Origin: the human T2T-CHM13v2.0 reference genome, Homo sapiens
Length of the DNA: 64,000 nucleotides
Assembly (NCBI RefSeq): GCF_009914755.1
Contig: NC_060929.1
Reading direction: 5' to 3' (one strand)
The translations under genes and the position numbers were made by a program. This document shows positions 27,769 to 42,248 of the stretch, piece by piece. The first letter of the stretch is position 1, and every line of letters begins with the position of its first letter. A model generated the notes under the pieces. The model ran no database searches, had not been told where the DNA came from, and saw only the letters and a list, made by a program, of their open reading frames with translations.

Positions 27769-30748
27769 TTAAAAAATTGAAAAACAAATGATCCAGGGGA
27801 TCATATCAAGTTGTCTAACCTATCTGTAAGTAATTAATTATAAATAAACAAAATAATAAAAAGTATCATGTATATGCAAATATATATACACACATAAATA
27901 TATATACAGAGAAAATAAAAATAACACATTTTCCAAATTTAGTAAAAAAGCATGAACTTACATACCCAAGGAGATCAGAAATTCCAAGCAAAATACAGCA
28001 AACCACACTTATGCACAGCATAGTCAACCTGCTAAAAAACAAAAGATAAAGAAAAAATTTAGAAAATGTCAAATTAATAATATATACTTTACATAGAAGA
28101 AGACAAAGAATAAAAACTGATGACTGTCTTTGCATCAGAAACAAAAGAGCAATTAGACTTCTCATTTGCCAAGGAGAATGACAGCTGCCTAATACATGAC
28201 CCAGTTCATTCCCATGCACTGATTCTCAAGTCTTGCAAATGCAATATAGAACAACAAATAAATTTGCTCGAAGTCCCCAGACTCAATATACATGAAAAAG
28301 CCTACCCAAACTTCAAATTACTTGGAATGTAAAAAGATACAAGCTATATCCCAACAGGAAGTCGTTATATTCCTAGTGCAAGACTTGTGGCAAGCAAGAG
28401 ACGTCCAAGAAAAACTGCAGGGAATGACGAAGAGAGGAGGTGGCAATAGATTCAAATTTGTGTATAACCACCACTGGAATGAGAAAGTTCACAATAAGTA
28501 TATAAAAGTATTCAAAAAGTGTCCTGGGAGATCATAGCACAGACTACAGGAAGAGATGTAAACATTTACATAATGTATAAGGAGGAAGAATTAAAAAGCC
28601 ACAGCTTCTGGGGAAGTAAAAGGTAAGAAAAAGAAAGTAGACATTTGATCATTACATGGTGAAGCAAAAGGGGGAGTGGTACTTAGGTTTCTGGAGACAA
28701 CCAAAATGTAGAAGACATAACCTTTCCCTCACCAAGGGAAAAAAGAACCCTCCACTAAATGTACTTTGGTATGATGATGAAAACAGATGTCATTGAGATA
28801 AGAATTCTACGGACCACAAAATTTTAAAAAATAATAATTCTATAACAAATTATTAAAAGAAAATAGAACATGAGGATGAATACTCCACAGCTACTGAAAG
28901 TACATAATGAAAAAAACTAGCAAAACTGTAACATTCCAAACTAAATCTATATACATAAACAAGCATATGAGAAAAAAACATTGATATCAAAAGTTAACAT
29001 TAGAAATGTACAAAATAATGAAAGAAAACCAATATAAGATTGATCTCACAGAAGAAATGGGGCTGGGAGAACTTATTTCAAAAATGAGAAACAAACTAAG
29101 AGGTGTCAAAAGGAAAGTGGAATCAATTTGAAATCTTTAAATTCTTAAAAAAGATAGGAAAGCTTCTAAGAAAAAAATGAGATCATGAAAGATGTACAAA
29201 ATATTACAGAATAAATTAATAAAATGGAAAAACGCAAACAAAAATTATAATAAATGTATAATTTGAGCCACTGAAAAAGAATAACAAATAAATCCAACAT
29301 GTGATATTTAGAAGCATCCTCTAAGAACATTTTCCAGAATTTAAAAATAAAAGCTTAAATCTAAATGCAGAAGAGTACCGTGGCACGTGTGAGTAAGTTA
29401 ATCTCAATCAACCCCAAGCCATATCCAATTAAAACTATTTTGCTTCCAAGATTTTTGAAAACCCACAATGACTCCAGAGAAAAGACAAAATAACTGAAAA
29501 GAATTAGGTTTCACATCTTCGAAAAGTAACATATGAAATAATGCAACAATGGAGTCACAATTTCAAAATTAATAAAAATGTTACATAGATATTTTATATA
29601 AAGCCAAATTGTCCTTCTTGTATCAAGCCTATAGAAAGACAGTTTTGACCACACAAACGCTCAGAGTATATTGAATCCGCAATCCCATCTTGCAAAATTT
29701 ACTCCAGGACAACTTGATCCAACCATGAGATAACTAGAAAAATGTCAGCAAAATTATTTCTAGTGAGCATTTTGAAAGCTAAAAAAGTGATAGATGATGA
29801 TGTTTAGATAGATAGAATTCTAGGTCTCAACTAACACAAAACTTATCTCAAGGGTGTAAGATAAATACACACATTTTTTATGTTGTGGCCAAGTATAAAT
29901 AATGCAAGTAAAAGTGAGAAGATTCAGGAAATACAAAGTAACCTAGTATAAACTCATCAGCTACAATATAAGCAATAGGCATAATTGAAAGATGCCATTA
30001 AACTGATAAAAAATATGGCTGAAAGTTAAATAAGAAAATACTGAAGCCATTAAAAATTATGAATAAAAATATACAAATTTAAATAAAACAAATATATATG
30101 AGAAAAAAGTTAACTATAATACACATAATAATTATAAAACATTATGGGCATGTTGAGATGAAATATAAAAGGTATGTAAAATATATAAATGTGCTTAATT
30201 CACTTATATACAGCAAAATAGTTTCAATTTGGCATTTTATATTCATTAACGTATTGCATTCAAGAGAAATACCTAAAACAAATAGGAATACTAAATATAA
30301 AAGAATGGGCAAAATTGTATCTGGCAGATGATAAAAGGAAAAGTAAAATTCAAGCAAAAAGTATTAAATATGACAAAAAGGGTACTTTTTAATCCTAAAG
30401 GAATTACTTGTATTAAACACTTAGTGTTTATGGTTTTCTATGCACTAAATAACACAGCAACCAGCTTTATAAGGAAATAACTGCAAAAGATCCAGGGAGG
30501 CATAGATAGACCCACACCATACTAATAATAGAGGTCAGTGCACACCATTCTCACTATAAAAAGATAAGTAATAAGAAGGAATACAAGAAACTTAAAGAAT
30601 GTTAAAAATTAGGTAGATCCTAAGGATACATATTAAACTTTTCATTCTACTAATAGAAAATAAATTTTTTTGAATACACATAAAATATGCACAATTGATC
30701 CTTTGTTATGTGACAGAAAAATCACTAAATTCCATAATATCTGATGTT

Positions 30749-31367
30749 ATCTTCTAGAATTTTTATGATTTCGAGTCTTAGATTAAAGTCCTTGATCCAT
30801 CTTGAGTTGACTTTTTATAAGGTGAGAGATGAGGATCCAGTTTCATTCATCTACATATTGCTAGCCAATTATCCCAGCACCATTTGTTGAATAGGGTGTC
30901 CTTTCCCCACTGTATGTTTTGTTTGCTTTGTCGAAGATCAATTGGCTGTAAGTATTTGGCTTTATTTCTGGGTCTCCATTCTGTTCCATTGGTCTATATG
31001 CCTACTTTTATACCAGTACCAGGCTGTTTTGGTGACTATGGCCTTATAGTATAAGTTGAAGTCTGGTTAATTTGATGCCTTCAGATTTATTCTTTTTGCT
31101 TAGCCTTGCTTTGGCTATGCGGGCTCTTTTTCGGTCCCATATGAATTTTAGGAATGTTTTTTCTAGTTCTGTGAGGAATGATCGTGATATTTTCATGGGA
31201 ATGGCATTAAATCTGTAGATTGCTTTTGGCAATACAGTCATTTTTACAATATTGATTCTACTCATCCACGAGCATAGGATGTGTTTCTATTTGTTTATGT
31301 CATGTATGATTTCTTTCAGCAGTGTTTTTTAGTTTTCTTTGTAGAGATTTTTCACCTGCTTGGTTAA
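30749..31367 (-). mobile_element. L1PB ORF2 fragment (downstream piece, lacks 3' UTR and poly-A)
   Basis: ORF 31044..31265 ([21 protein letters not shown]...) is L1 ORF2. Confidence 0.92.
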
Positions 31368-32270
31368 GGTCAGAAAGATTCACAGCTGTATTATATCAGA
31401 CATTCAAAGAAGAATTGGTACCAATCCTATTGACACTATTCTACAGGATAAAAAAAAAAAGGGAATCCTCCCTAAATCATTCTATGAAGCCAGTATCACC
31501 CTAAAACCAAAACCAGGGAAGGACATAACGAAAAAAGAAAACTACAGACCAATATCTCTGATGAACATAGATGCAAAAATCCTCAACAAAATACTAGCTA
31601 ATGGAATTCAACTGCATATCAAAAACATAATTCACCATTATCAAGTAGGTTCCATACCAGGGATGCAGGGATCGTTTAATATCTACAAGTCAATAAATGT
31701 GATACACCATATAAACAGAATTAAGAAAAAAATCACATGATCATCTCAATAGATGCAGAAAAAGCATTTGACAAAATCCAGCATCCCTTTATGATTAAAA
31801 TTCTCAGCAGTATTGGCATAAAAGAGACATACCTTAAGGTAATAAAGCCATCTATGACAAACCCACAGCCAACATTATACTGAATGTGGAAAAGTTGAAA
31901 GCATTCTTTCTGAGAACTGGAACAAGATAAGGATGCCCACTTTCACCACTTCTATTCGTCATAGTACTGGAAGTCCTAGCCAGACCAATTGGACAACAGA
32001 AAGAAATCAAGGTCATCCAAATCAGTAAAGAGGAAGTCAAAATATCACTGTTTGTGATGATATACTAGAAAACCCTAAAGAATCATCCAAAAAATCTCCT
32101 AGAACTGGTTAACAAATTCAGCAAAGTTTCAGGATACAAAATTAACGTACACAAATCAGTAGCTCTGCTATACACCAGCAGTGATCAAGCTGACCATCAA
32201 ATCAAGAACTCAATCCTTTTAAAACAGCTGCAAAAAATCAAATGAAATAGGAACATACCTAATCAAAGAG
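31368..32270 (+). mobile_element. L1PB ORF2 RT-domain fragment (upstream piece, inverted relative to 30749-31367)
   Basis: ORF 31360..31740 ([41 protein letters not shown]) is L1 RT. Confidence 0.93.
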
Positions 32271-33905
32271 CTGATGTTTCCTCTTGTAACATGTTACATG
32301 TTCAAAATTATAGTGAAATTAAATAGTTAAAAATAATATGTCATCTATTTATATTCCTGATATTGACCATCTAATGGAGAAATTATAAAATCTTATTAAA
32401 CAGCTGACCAACAATGCAAACGGCTATAAGAATAAATACTAGAAAGAGCAATGGAGCTGGTAAGTGCTCTGGAATAAAATGTTTGCTTAAACAGAAGACA
32501 ACAGAGAATGTTCCAAATCCTGAAATCTCTGAATGAAAGAGTTGCATGCTTAAGAAATAATGTTTTTATAAGAAAAGTTTCATCTGGCTATAGTTATTAA
32601 ATCAGAGAAGATAAAGGGAGATGAAGGGTGATACTTCAGGTAATGACAGTCAAGATATAACCTTAATAATTCAGCTCAAAATTCGTAATCCAGGACCCAC
32701 ACTTAAGGGTCTACATGAGTTATAGATCTTTGACAGTAGAAAGATGAGGATAAAAAGGGTCTGAAAGAAGGTTTGGCAGCATTTGCTGACTTGCTATAAA
32801 TGATACAAGAAAGAAAAAAAGCACTCAAGTCTCTGTTATTACGTTGAAATTTCTGCAACTTGAAATGTGTATTTATATTAATACAATTAATTGTATTAAT
32901 CATTTCAATTAAAATAAATACAATTTATAATGTTAACATGTTGCTAGTAATTTTTTAAAAAAGGTTTAAGTTTCTGTTTCGCTTTACTTTTTGTCATTTA
33001 GAAATTCCCCAGAACTATGTAAACACTGAGTATGCTATAAGAGTATTTACAATGTAAACTATTCTTTTTAGTGGGTTGATTTTGGTAATTCACAGATATT
33101 TTCTGTTCGGTATTCCCTCTACTGTGGATTTTAGAATACTTTCCACTGTTATTTAACATACCAAGAATATTTGCTAATCTCAAATAAAATATCTCAGAAA
33201 AACAAGATTTTGTTTGGAAAAGTTTTCAGACCTTTGGAAGAAATTTAGCACTATATAGAAAAAAAAACACTTTAATTGAAAATCTTTTTATATAAGTCAA
33301 TCTCTATACTCTGAAGTAAACATGAAATTATTCCAGTTTTTGAAAATTTAAAAATGTACTGAATCAATGGTCCAGTAAGAAACTTCTAAGCTTTCTTCAG
33401 TATTATCTGGCTAACTTTTTTGAAACTTCTGTTAGGCTGATTTATGAGATTTAAAAAATTTTCTCTTGCTGTTGTGCCAACCATAAAAAATTGAAAATTA
33501 TGTATGTCATAAACAACTTACTTATATGTATACAAACATAGTTATACTGAAGAAATATTGCATTTAATGAAATATATTTATGCCAGAGGCAGAGGTCATT
33601 TCTATGACGTTTTCTTTTCTTTTTTTTCTTTTTCTTTTTTTTAGCTATGCTATATAAGGAAAAGCCCAGAGACCTTGCTCCATTGCATTCCATGTGATTC
33701 TCTGCAGACAAACCTTTAAAAAGTATATATTTATAACAATTCTTCAGAAATGTAAAACAATGATTGAATTCCTTAAAACAATAGCAATACATTTCTAAAA
33801 TAAGACCTATGAGCAATACTTATATATTATGTTACTTTTTAAAGTAACTAAATATTTTAAAGTTTTAATTTTATAATGCCTAATCTCTGAGATCAAGACT
33901 AGAAC

Positions 33906-33977
33906 AAATTATGTAGACATCATTTCTATATTTTCCAGCAGAAATTATGTAGACATCATTTCTATATTTTCCAGCAG
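33906..33977. repeat. Perfect 36-bp tandem duplication
   Basis: aaattatgtagacatcatttctatattttccagcag x2. Confidence 0.97.
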
Positions 33978-34749
33978 AATTAAAAATTATCAGCTACCAC
34001 TGAAGTAACAAGGAAAACAATTAGAAAATGAGCTTCATCTTTGATGACATTGGAAATTTCACTCTCTTAATATTAATCATATTTCATTGTGAACTTTTTT
34101 AATTTAGTTTTTTAAAAAAAAAACACTCTTTATGCTCTACATTTAGTATTAACTTTTGCATGTGAAATTAGAAAGAAATACGAAGTGAAGACTGTCAAAG
34201 TCTAAGGATGTGTGTTATGACAGTTAATATTAAAGGCTAGTTATAATTTTGGCAATTTAGTGAAACATGGAACTTACTTTATATGTCTACATTACTATGA
34301 GATACAATAGAAGAACTTGAGACACTTTACTCAAGAACCATAATTAAATTTCCTTGATATTAATAGATTATAAGTATATGAATAAAATGATTAGAAAATA
34401 AGTAATTCTTAGAAATCCTAAAAAGTGACAAAAGTAGGTATTTTATAATTTCTCCTTTTATATCCTGCTAATTCTTATGTCTCTAGATTTCATAGACCTT
34501 AATTGAATATACGTTTCACTAAATACAATGTGAGTAAAAGCAACTTCAAAGAAAGGCACTATTTGTACTAAAGGCATTATGATTAGGACTCATTAGGAAA
34601 TAGACTGAATTATAATTGGAGAACATATGTTTTAACAAGTAACATTTTGAGTTGTGCAAGAAAGCTAATGAGATATTTGTCATAAACAGTGAATCAACAG
34701 ATGTCTTTAATACAACTAAATGTGTCTTCACTTTTTGGTTCACCGAAGT

Positions 34750-37385
34750 TTTTTTTTGAAATTTGTATTGACATAATTTTAGATTCACATGCAATTATAA
34801 GAAATAAAGAGTCCACGTACACTTTATGCAGTTTCCCCAATTGTGCAAAACTATAGTGCAGTATCAAAAACCAGTATATTTACATTGATACAATTCACCA
34901 AGGTTATTCAGATTCTCCCACTTTTACTTATACTAATTTATGTATGTGTATTTAATTCCATGCTAAATTTATACAGGCAAAACACTGACCAATTCCAACA
35001 CGACAAGGATCTCTCCTATTGCCCTTTGTAATCACACTCACATCCCTCCTGCATCTCTCTGTATCCACTGGCAACCACTTAGCTGTCCTTCACTTTTTAA
35101 AGTTTTTATTTAAAAATGTTATATTACTGGAATCATATGGTCTCTATTTCTCTTGAGATTGGTATTTTTTCATGCAGCATAATTCCCTGGAAAGTCATAC
35201 AAGTTGTTGCATGTATCTAGTTCATTGCTTTTTAATGCTGAGTTATATTGCATGGTATATGTACCACAGTCTGTTTAACCATTCGCTTATTGAAAAACAT
35301 CTGGGAAGATTCTAGTTTTTGGCTATTACAAATACAGTTGCTATAAATGTTTGTGTATCAATTTTTCTGTGAACACAAATGTTATTTCTCTGGGATAAAA
35401 ACCAAAGAGTACCCTTGCTATTTAGTATGGTACTTGCATGTTTCGTGTTACAAGAAAATGTCAAAATGTTTTAGATTGGCTGTACCATTTACATTTCTAC
35501 CAGCAAGGTATGAGTGACCCCTTTTTTTTGTATTCTCAGTCATTTGTTGTTGCCATGATTTTTTAAAGTTATTCTGTTATGTATAAGTATGTACTGATAT
35601 CTTATTGTGGATTTAATTTTACTTTCACTTATGGCTGAAGATGTGGAATATTTTCTTCTGTGAAATGTCCATTCATGACTTTTGTCCATTTTCAAATTTA
35701 ATTTTCATTCATTTAATTTTCAATACTGAATTTTGGGAGTTCTTTGTGTATTCTAGATATTAATTTTATGGTAGATACATAGTTTACAAATATTTTCTCA
35801 AAGAATGTAGCTTGTCGTTTTATCTTCTTCCCATGAGCTTTTGCGGAACAAATATATTTAATTTTGATGAGGTTCAATTTATGTATTTATCTTTTATGGA
35901 AAGATAAATAACTTCATAGCCCTAGGCCCCAGATATTTTCTCATTTGTTTGTCTAAAAAGTTGTATAGCTTTATGTTGTATATTTATGTCCATGATCCAT
36001 TATGAGTTAATTTTTAATAAGAGGTGAAATTTTGGTTCACTTTTGTCTATGAATAACCAATTTCTCCAGCACTATATATTGAATAGACTATCCTTTAACT
36101 ATTGAATTGCTTTTATTGCTTATCAAAAATCAGTGGTGTATTTGGTTCCATTGACCTATGTGTCTATCACTTCACTAAAACAAATTATCTTGATTAATGT
36201 AGTTATATAGTAAGCCTTGATATTTAGTAGAGTGATTATTCCTATTTCATTCATTTTTGAGATTATTTTGGGTATTCTAGCTTCTTTACTTTCCACGTAA
36301 ATTTTAGAATAACTTTGTCTGTGTTTACAAAATATTTGCTAGGATTGTTATACTTACACCATTAAATCTATAGGTCTGTTTGGGGAAAAATAGTATACTT
36401 GCTGTTTTGAGTTTTCCACTCCATGAACATGTATGTCTCTCTATTCAAATCTTATAATTTTTAGCACACACTTCTTGTTCATAGTTTGTTTAGTGTATAC
36501 TTATGTTTTACATTTTCTTTGACATGGTTGTAAATGTTTTTATTTGTTGTTTTTAATTTTGGTGTTTGAATGTTCATTGTTAGTATATACAAGTACAATT
36601 GTTTTTGGTTTTGTATTAACAACATATTGGTCATTTTTATGGTCATCCACAAAGGCAGACGGACTCTTCCCAAAGTTTGATTCAGATTTGGAGGCTGATG
36701 ATGCCACACACACACCAAGAGGGTATTAAAAAGTTTATTCATGATATAAGTGAAGTCCCTGGGGGACCAGGGCAAACCAGTTAAGTAGGTCTAAAATGAA
36801 CTAGAAAAAAAAAATTAGCCAGGGTTTTTACTGTGCTTGGGGTGTGAGACTGGAGTAAGTGTTCCTGCACACTGAAAGGGGCTTCTACATTTGAATTCTC
36901 TACTGGTGTGAAATGATGGACTGCCCAGGCTATCTCATCAGCACATCAGATGTGGGGCATAAGGAGAAGCAGAAGTGGGAATTAAAAGTTGTTGTATTCA
37001 AATCTCAACAACTGAATTCATACTCCTCATTACAGTCTTGTGTCATGCAACCTTGCTATGCTCACTTATTAGGTTTATAAGTGGTTGTAGATTCTTCGGG
37101 ATTTTCTACATATACAATCATACCATCTTCAAATAATGACAGCTTGGTTTTTTTCAAGTCTGTATACCTTTATTTATTTTTCTTGATTTATTGCAATGAC
37201 TGAAACTTTCAGTATTATATTGAATAAGGCATATAACTCACCTATAATATAGGAAAGCATTCACTTTTTCACCACTAAATATAATGTTAGCTGAAGATTT
37301 TAATGTTTAGAGTGGATGTTCTGTCAAACGCTTTTTCAACATCAATTGATATGATCATATAATTTTTATTCTTTAGCTTGACAAT
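34750..37385 (-). mobile_element. L1MC1/L1MC2-like LINE (3' end and ORF2), interrupted by an LTR
   Basis: ttttagattcacatgcaattataagaaata...aaaactatagtgcagtatca is an L1MC 3' UTR; antisense ORF2 continues to ~37385. Confidence 0.8.
36633..37034 (-). mobile_element. LTR47-like solo LTR
   Basis: Minus strand starts tgtaatgaggagtatgaattc...tgccccacatctg; L1 sequence resumes on both sides. Confidence 0.7.
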
Positions 37386-39563
37386 ACTAAATGCCTTTAT
37401 ATATGTCAAAAAATCAAATATTTAAGATTTCAACTTATTAAAAACAATTTGCTTCCCAACCACATTTCCCGAAATAACTTTGATTTTTTTATTACAACTG
37501 ACAGAGCAACACTCTTTATTATTATTATTAATTATTTTGTATGTTTTTTATCCAAGAGTTTTTTTTACTAAGATATAATTATGAACTTGTATTATTCATG
37601 TCTTAAATATCCCTGTAAAATTTAGTTCAACTTGCTGTAGATTACAAAGGATAGTATCTCTTTGAATTGTTCTGTTATACCACAGTGCAGTCAAAGTCTT
37701 TTGTATTTATTCACCTAATAAAATTGTGTTTGTAAGTAATAATGGTATTAGCGATGAATGAGTACAGCTGTTTCTCAATCCTAAAATGGGCCAAGCAAAA
37801 CTATTCACAGATTTGTAAGTAAACCTGGTGATATGTTTCCGGGTTCCCCTTATTGGTATTTAAACCCTGTAAAATAAGTGTTTTTTAAAATAGTTGCATA
37901 TACGGGCGTTAAGTGAATAATGGCTTTCATAGTTATCTCAGTAGTTATCAGCTCTGTTTCCTCTTCATATGCAATCACCTATTCATGAATATAAAACAAA
38001 CTTCCCTCGGCACCCTCTCTCCAGATCATTACTCCCAGTTAGGTCTAAGTTGCTCAAAGTATTTTTTTTTTTTTTTGTGATGAGTCTTTCTTTGATTAAA
38101 AAAATGAGAAAAGCAAGCTTACACTTATTCCAAGTATTCTTCTTCGAAGTGGGCAGGACAGAAATTACTGCTAGCTAGAGATTGCAGCAAGCATTTCCTG
38201 CACTGGCTCCATTTATGATGGAACTAATATTTGATGAACATTATGTAGGTGACAGTGTTGGCACTTAGCAACAGTGGGCCCCTATGTGGTGGAGACAGGG
38301 AAAGTAAAGTTTCATTAATTCTAAAAAGGAAAAGGTCAACTAAAGCCTTATTATGTGTCTTCACCGCCTCTGTTTTTTCATATACGTTTGCAGAGGGTTA
38401 AATATTATAAATTTCTTCACAGAAGTGTCATGTACAATACCATTAGGTGACAAGTGGTCTCCCTAGTATAAATTAAAATTCTTGGAGCAATTCCATGCTA
38501 AACAAAACTTTGTATCAATGTCAGCTGTTCAAATGTACATAAATCTTTCCAGAAAGCCAAAGATGATAATTTAAAAGAATGTAAGTGTTTAGGGATCTCC
38601 CATAGTTATAAATCATAACTGAAAAATAAAGCAAACCCTGGAATAGTTACAAAATAAAGGAAAGTTTGTCTTTGGTATTTCCCCCATCTTCTCGATGGGA
38701 GACGATGATGTGTATCCCTTTTGTTACTGGGTTACTGTGTAAAGTCTAATGATCTCATTGTTTTTTTTAATAGGTGAGGATGACCCAACTCTAAGACCCC
38801 ATGAATACAGTGCTACTCTCTAGTAAGGTCCTTCTCCTATTCTATAGAACAGTGGTAATTTTCCTTTCTTTAGTTATCTGTTTTCAAAGATCACGCAGCT
38901 AAAATAAAACACACCCATACGCACACACACACACATACACAAATCACTAAGTAACTAAGCATTTCAAACCTAGACATACTGAAGTATTTCTAATAACTGA
39001 TGATGGATAGCTTGTTAATACATTTAAAATATAAACTGAGCATCTATTAGGTATCAAGAACCATGATAGTGGTTACCAAATAAACAGATAATTGTTGAAT
39101 CTATTCTTTAGCAGCTGCTGTTAGGATAATAAAACTGTGTGCCTCCTTACATAAAGAGTGTTCTCTTTTTGTATCTAAAACATCTAGGGAAGTTCTAAAT
39201 TTATATTCTAAATGTGTATTCACTACTTAGATGTACACAAAGGTAACTATTTTTCAATAACGTAATTCTACTTAGCTAAAAAGCAACTAATTCTACTGAT
39301 ACTGATATTTGAAAACTTAATCCTAGCCCTCCACTCTAGAAGTCAGTTCAATGAGAACACAAACATTGTTTTATTTCTGCATACTATGGTAGATGTCTAA
39401 TACATTCCTGTATAACAAAACATTAAACTTTGCCATTTTATAATAACCTTTACTAGTCAGAATGAACTTATTTCTGTTTTAAAATCTAGATCCCTTTGAA
39501 TATGTATTTATTCAAATATAAGATTTAAGCTGTGGCTTCCCAATTTTGATGTAAGATAGTCTC

Positions 39564-41951
39564 AGTTATGGTTTGGATTTATGTACCCACCCAAATGTCA
39601 AGTCAAACTGTAATCCCTAATGTTAGAGGTGAGGCCTAATGGGAGGTGACTGGATCACTGGGGCAGACTCCCCCTTTTGCTTCTGTTCTTGTGATAGAGT
39701 TCTCACAAGACCTAGTTGTTTAAAAGTGTGTGGCATCTCCTCGCTCTGTTTCTTCCTACTGCTACGGCCATGGAAGATATGCCTGCTTCCTCTTCAATTT
39801 CTGCCATGACTGTAAGTCTCCTGAGGCCTCTGCCACCATGTTTCCTATACAGTCTGTAAAATCATGAGCCAATTAAACCTCCTTTCTTTATAAATTACCT
39901 AGTCTTGGGTATTTCTTTATAGAAATGTGAGAATGAATACATGCAGAAAATGAGTACTGAGGAGTGGGGCTTTGCTCTAAAGATACATGAAAATGTGGAA
40001 GCAGCTTTGGAATTGGTAGCAGGCAGAGGTTGGAAGAGTGTGGAAGGCTAGGAAGAAGACAGGAAGATGAGGAAAGGTTTACAACTTCCTAGAGACTTGT
40101 TAAATCATTGTGAACAAAATGCAGATAATGATATGGACAGTAAAGGTCAGGCTGAGGAAGTCTTAGATGGAAATGAGGAACTTACTGGGAACTAGAGCAA
40201 ATGTCACTTTTGTTATGCATTAGCAAACAACTTTGTGGCATTGTACCCCAACTCTAGGGATCTGTGGAACTTTGAACTTGTGAGTGATGATTTAGAGTAC
40301 CTAGTGGAAGAAATTTCTAAACAACAAAGCATTCAAGCATTGGCCTGGCTGTTTCAAACAGCATAAGCTCATATATGTGAGCAAAGAAATGAAACTGGAA
40401 ATAATATTTAAAAGGGAAGCAAAGTGTAAAGTTAAGAAAATTTGTAGCCTGGCCATGTGGTAGGAAAGAAAAGGCCATTTTCAGGAGAGGAATTCAAGCC
40501 AACTGCAGACATTTGCATAAGTAAAGAGGAGCCAAATGCTGATAGCTGAGACAGTAGGAAAAAGGCCTTTAAGGCATTTGAGAGAATTTCACAACAGCCC
40601 CTCCCATCACAGGCCCAGAAGCCTAGGAGGGAAGAATGGTTTTGTGGGCCAGGCCCAGGGTGCAGCTACACTGGGCAGCCCTTGGACTCTGGTCCCTGCA
40701 TTCCATCCACTCCAGCTGTAGCCAGTTACCGCTTGGGCTGCTGCTTCAGAGAGTGCAAGCCATAAGCCATGCAGTTTCCATGAGATGTTAAGCCTATGGG
40801 TGCACAGAATGCAAGAGTTGATACTTAGGAGCCTCTACTTAGATTTCAGAGGATGTATGGAAAATTCTGGAGGTCCAGGCAGAAGCACTCTACAGGAACA
40901 AATCCCTCATGGAGAACCTCTACTAAGGCAGCACAGAGAGGAAATGTGGGGTTGAAGCCACCTTACAGAGTCCTCACTGGGGCACTGCCTCCTGGAGCTG
41001 TGAGAAGAGGGATACCTTCCTCCAGGTCCCAGAATGTTAGATCCACAAGAAGCTTATACCCTGCATGTGGAAAAGCTTCAGGCACTCAATGTCAGCCCTT
41101 GACAGCAGTTGTGGGGGCTAAGCCTTGCAGAACCACAAGAGCAGAGCTGTCCAGTGGGAGCCTATCCTTTGCACCAGTGTTCCCTGGGTGTGAGACATGG
41201 AGTCAAAGGGGATTATTTTGGAGCTTTAAGGCTTAGTGACTCCCCTGCTAGGTTTCAGACTTGCAAGGAGGCTGTAGCCCCTTTCTTTGGGCTGATTTCT
41301 CTATTTTGTAATGGGAGCATTTACCCAATGCCTGTTACCCATTGTATCTTGGAAGTAACTAACTTATTTTGGACTTTACAGGCTCTTGGCGGAAGGGACT
41401 AGCCTTGTCCCAGGTGAGACTTTGGACTGTGCATTTTTGTGTTAATGCTGGAATGACTTAAGACTTTGGGGGACTGTTGAGAAGGCATGATTGGATTTTG
41501 CAATGTGAGAAAAACATCAGATTTGAGAGGGGCCCGGGCAGAATGAAGTCGTTTGGGTCTATGTCCCCACCCAAATCTAATGTTGAAATGTAATCCCCAG
41601 TGTTGAAGGTGGGGCCTGGTGGGAGGGGATTGGATTATGGGGGTGGTTTCTAATGGTTTACTACCATCCTTCTAGTGCTGTTTTTGTGATAGAGTTTTCA
41701 TGAGATCTGGTTGTTAAAAGTATGTAGCACCACCCCCCACCCCAAACCTCTCTCTCTTCCTCTTGCTCTGGACATGTGAAGACATACCTGCTTCTCCTTT
41801 GCCTTCCACCATGATTGTGAGTTTCCTGAGGCCTCCCTAGCCAAGCTTCCTCTACAGCCTGCAGAACTATGAGCCAATTAAACCTTTTTTTCTTTTTAAA
41901 TTACCCAGTCTCAGGTATTTCTTTACAGCAGTGCCATAATGGACTAATACA
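39564..41951 (+). mobile_element. Full-length MSTA-like MaLR: 5' LTR 39564-39945, internal 39946-41543, 3' LTR 41544-41951
   Basis: Two homologous LTRs flanking MST-int sequence; 5-bp TSD gtctc at 39559-39563 and 41952-41956. Confidence 0.95.
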
Positions 41952-42248
41952 GTCTCCCCTCAGCCTTTCAAATGGGAAGCAAAAAGCAAGCCTTCTGCTA
42001 CTGAATTTCTCCTCAACATATCTAGGGTTAGTATTTCCATGGTCCTCCTGCCTGAGGTGATCCTGTATCATTCCTGACTCCACCATTTATTCTCATCAAA
42101 TCTATTATCTATTAATCTAGACTTCAGCAATATAAAGCTTGTCTGAATATTCCAAACAGAGCCCTTAAAAATTCAACAAATCTCTGTCTATATTTTCAGC
42201 TCTTTCAAGTCAAAAGTATTTGACTTCAAATCAAAGTATCTATTATGA

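Noticed and set aside
31368-32270. Idea that this piece is the displaced 5' part of the L1 at 172
   Set aside because: The L1 at 172-2918 has its own 14-bp TSD, and this piece is contiguous in consensus with its neighbour 30749-31367.
32404-32465. Exon-like interval ending CTG|GTAAGT
   Set aside because: Poor polypyrimidine tract; stops in all frames.
38774-38854. 81-nt exon-like interval (ttttttttaatag ... gtg|gtaatt)
   Set aside because: Stops in all three frames and a weak donor; no support beyond motif chance.
40536-41402. ORFs of 61-127 aa in a GC-richer block
   Set aside because: Fragments of MST-int MaLR internal sequence.
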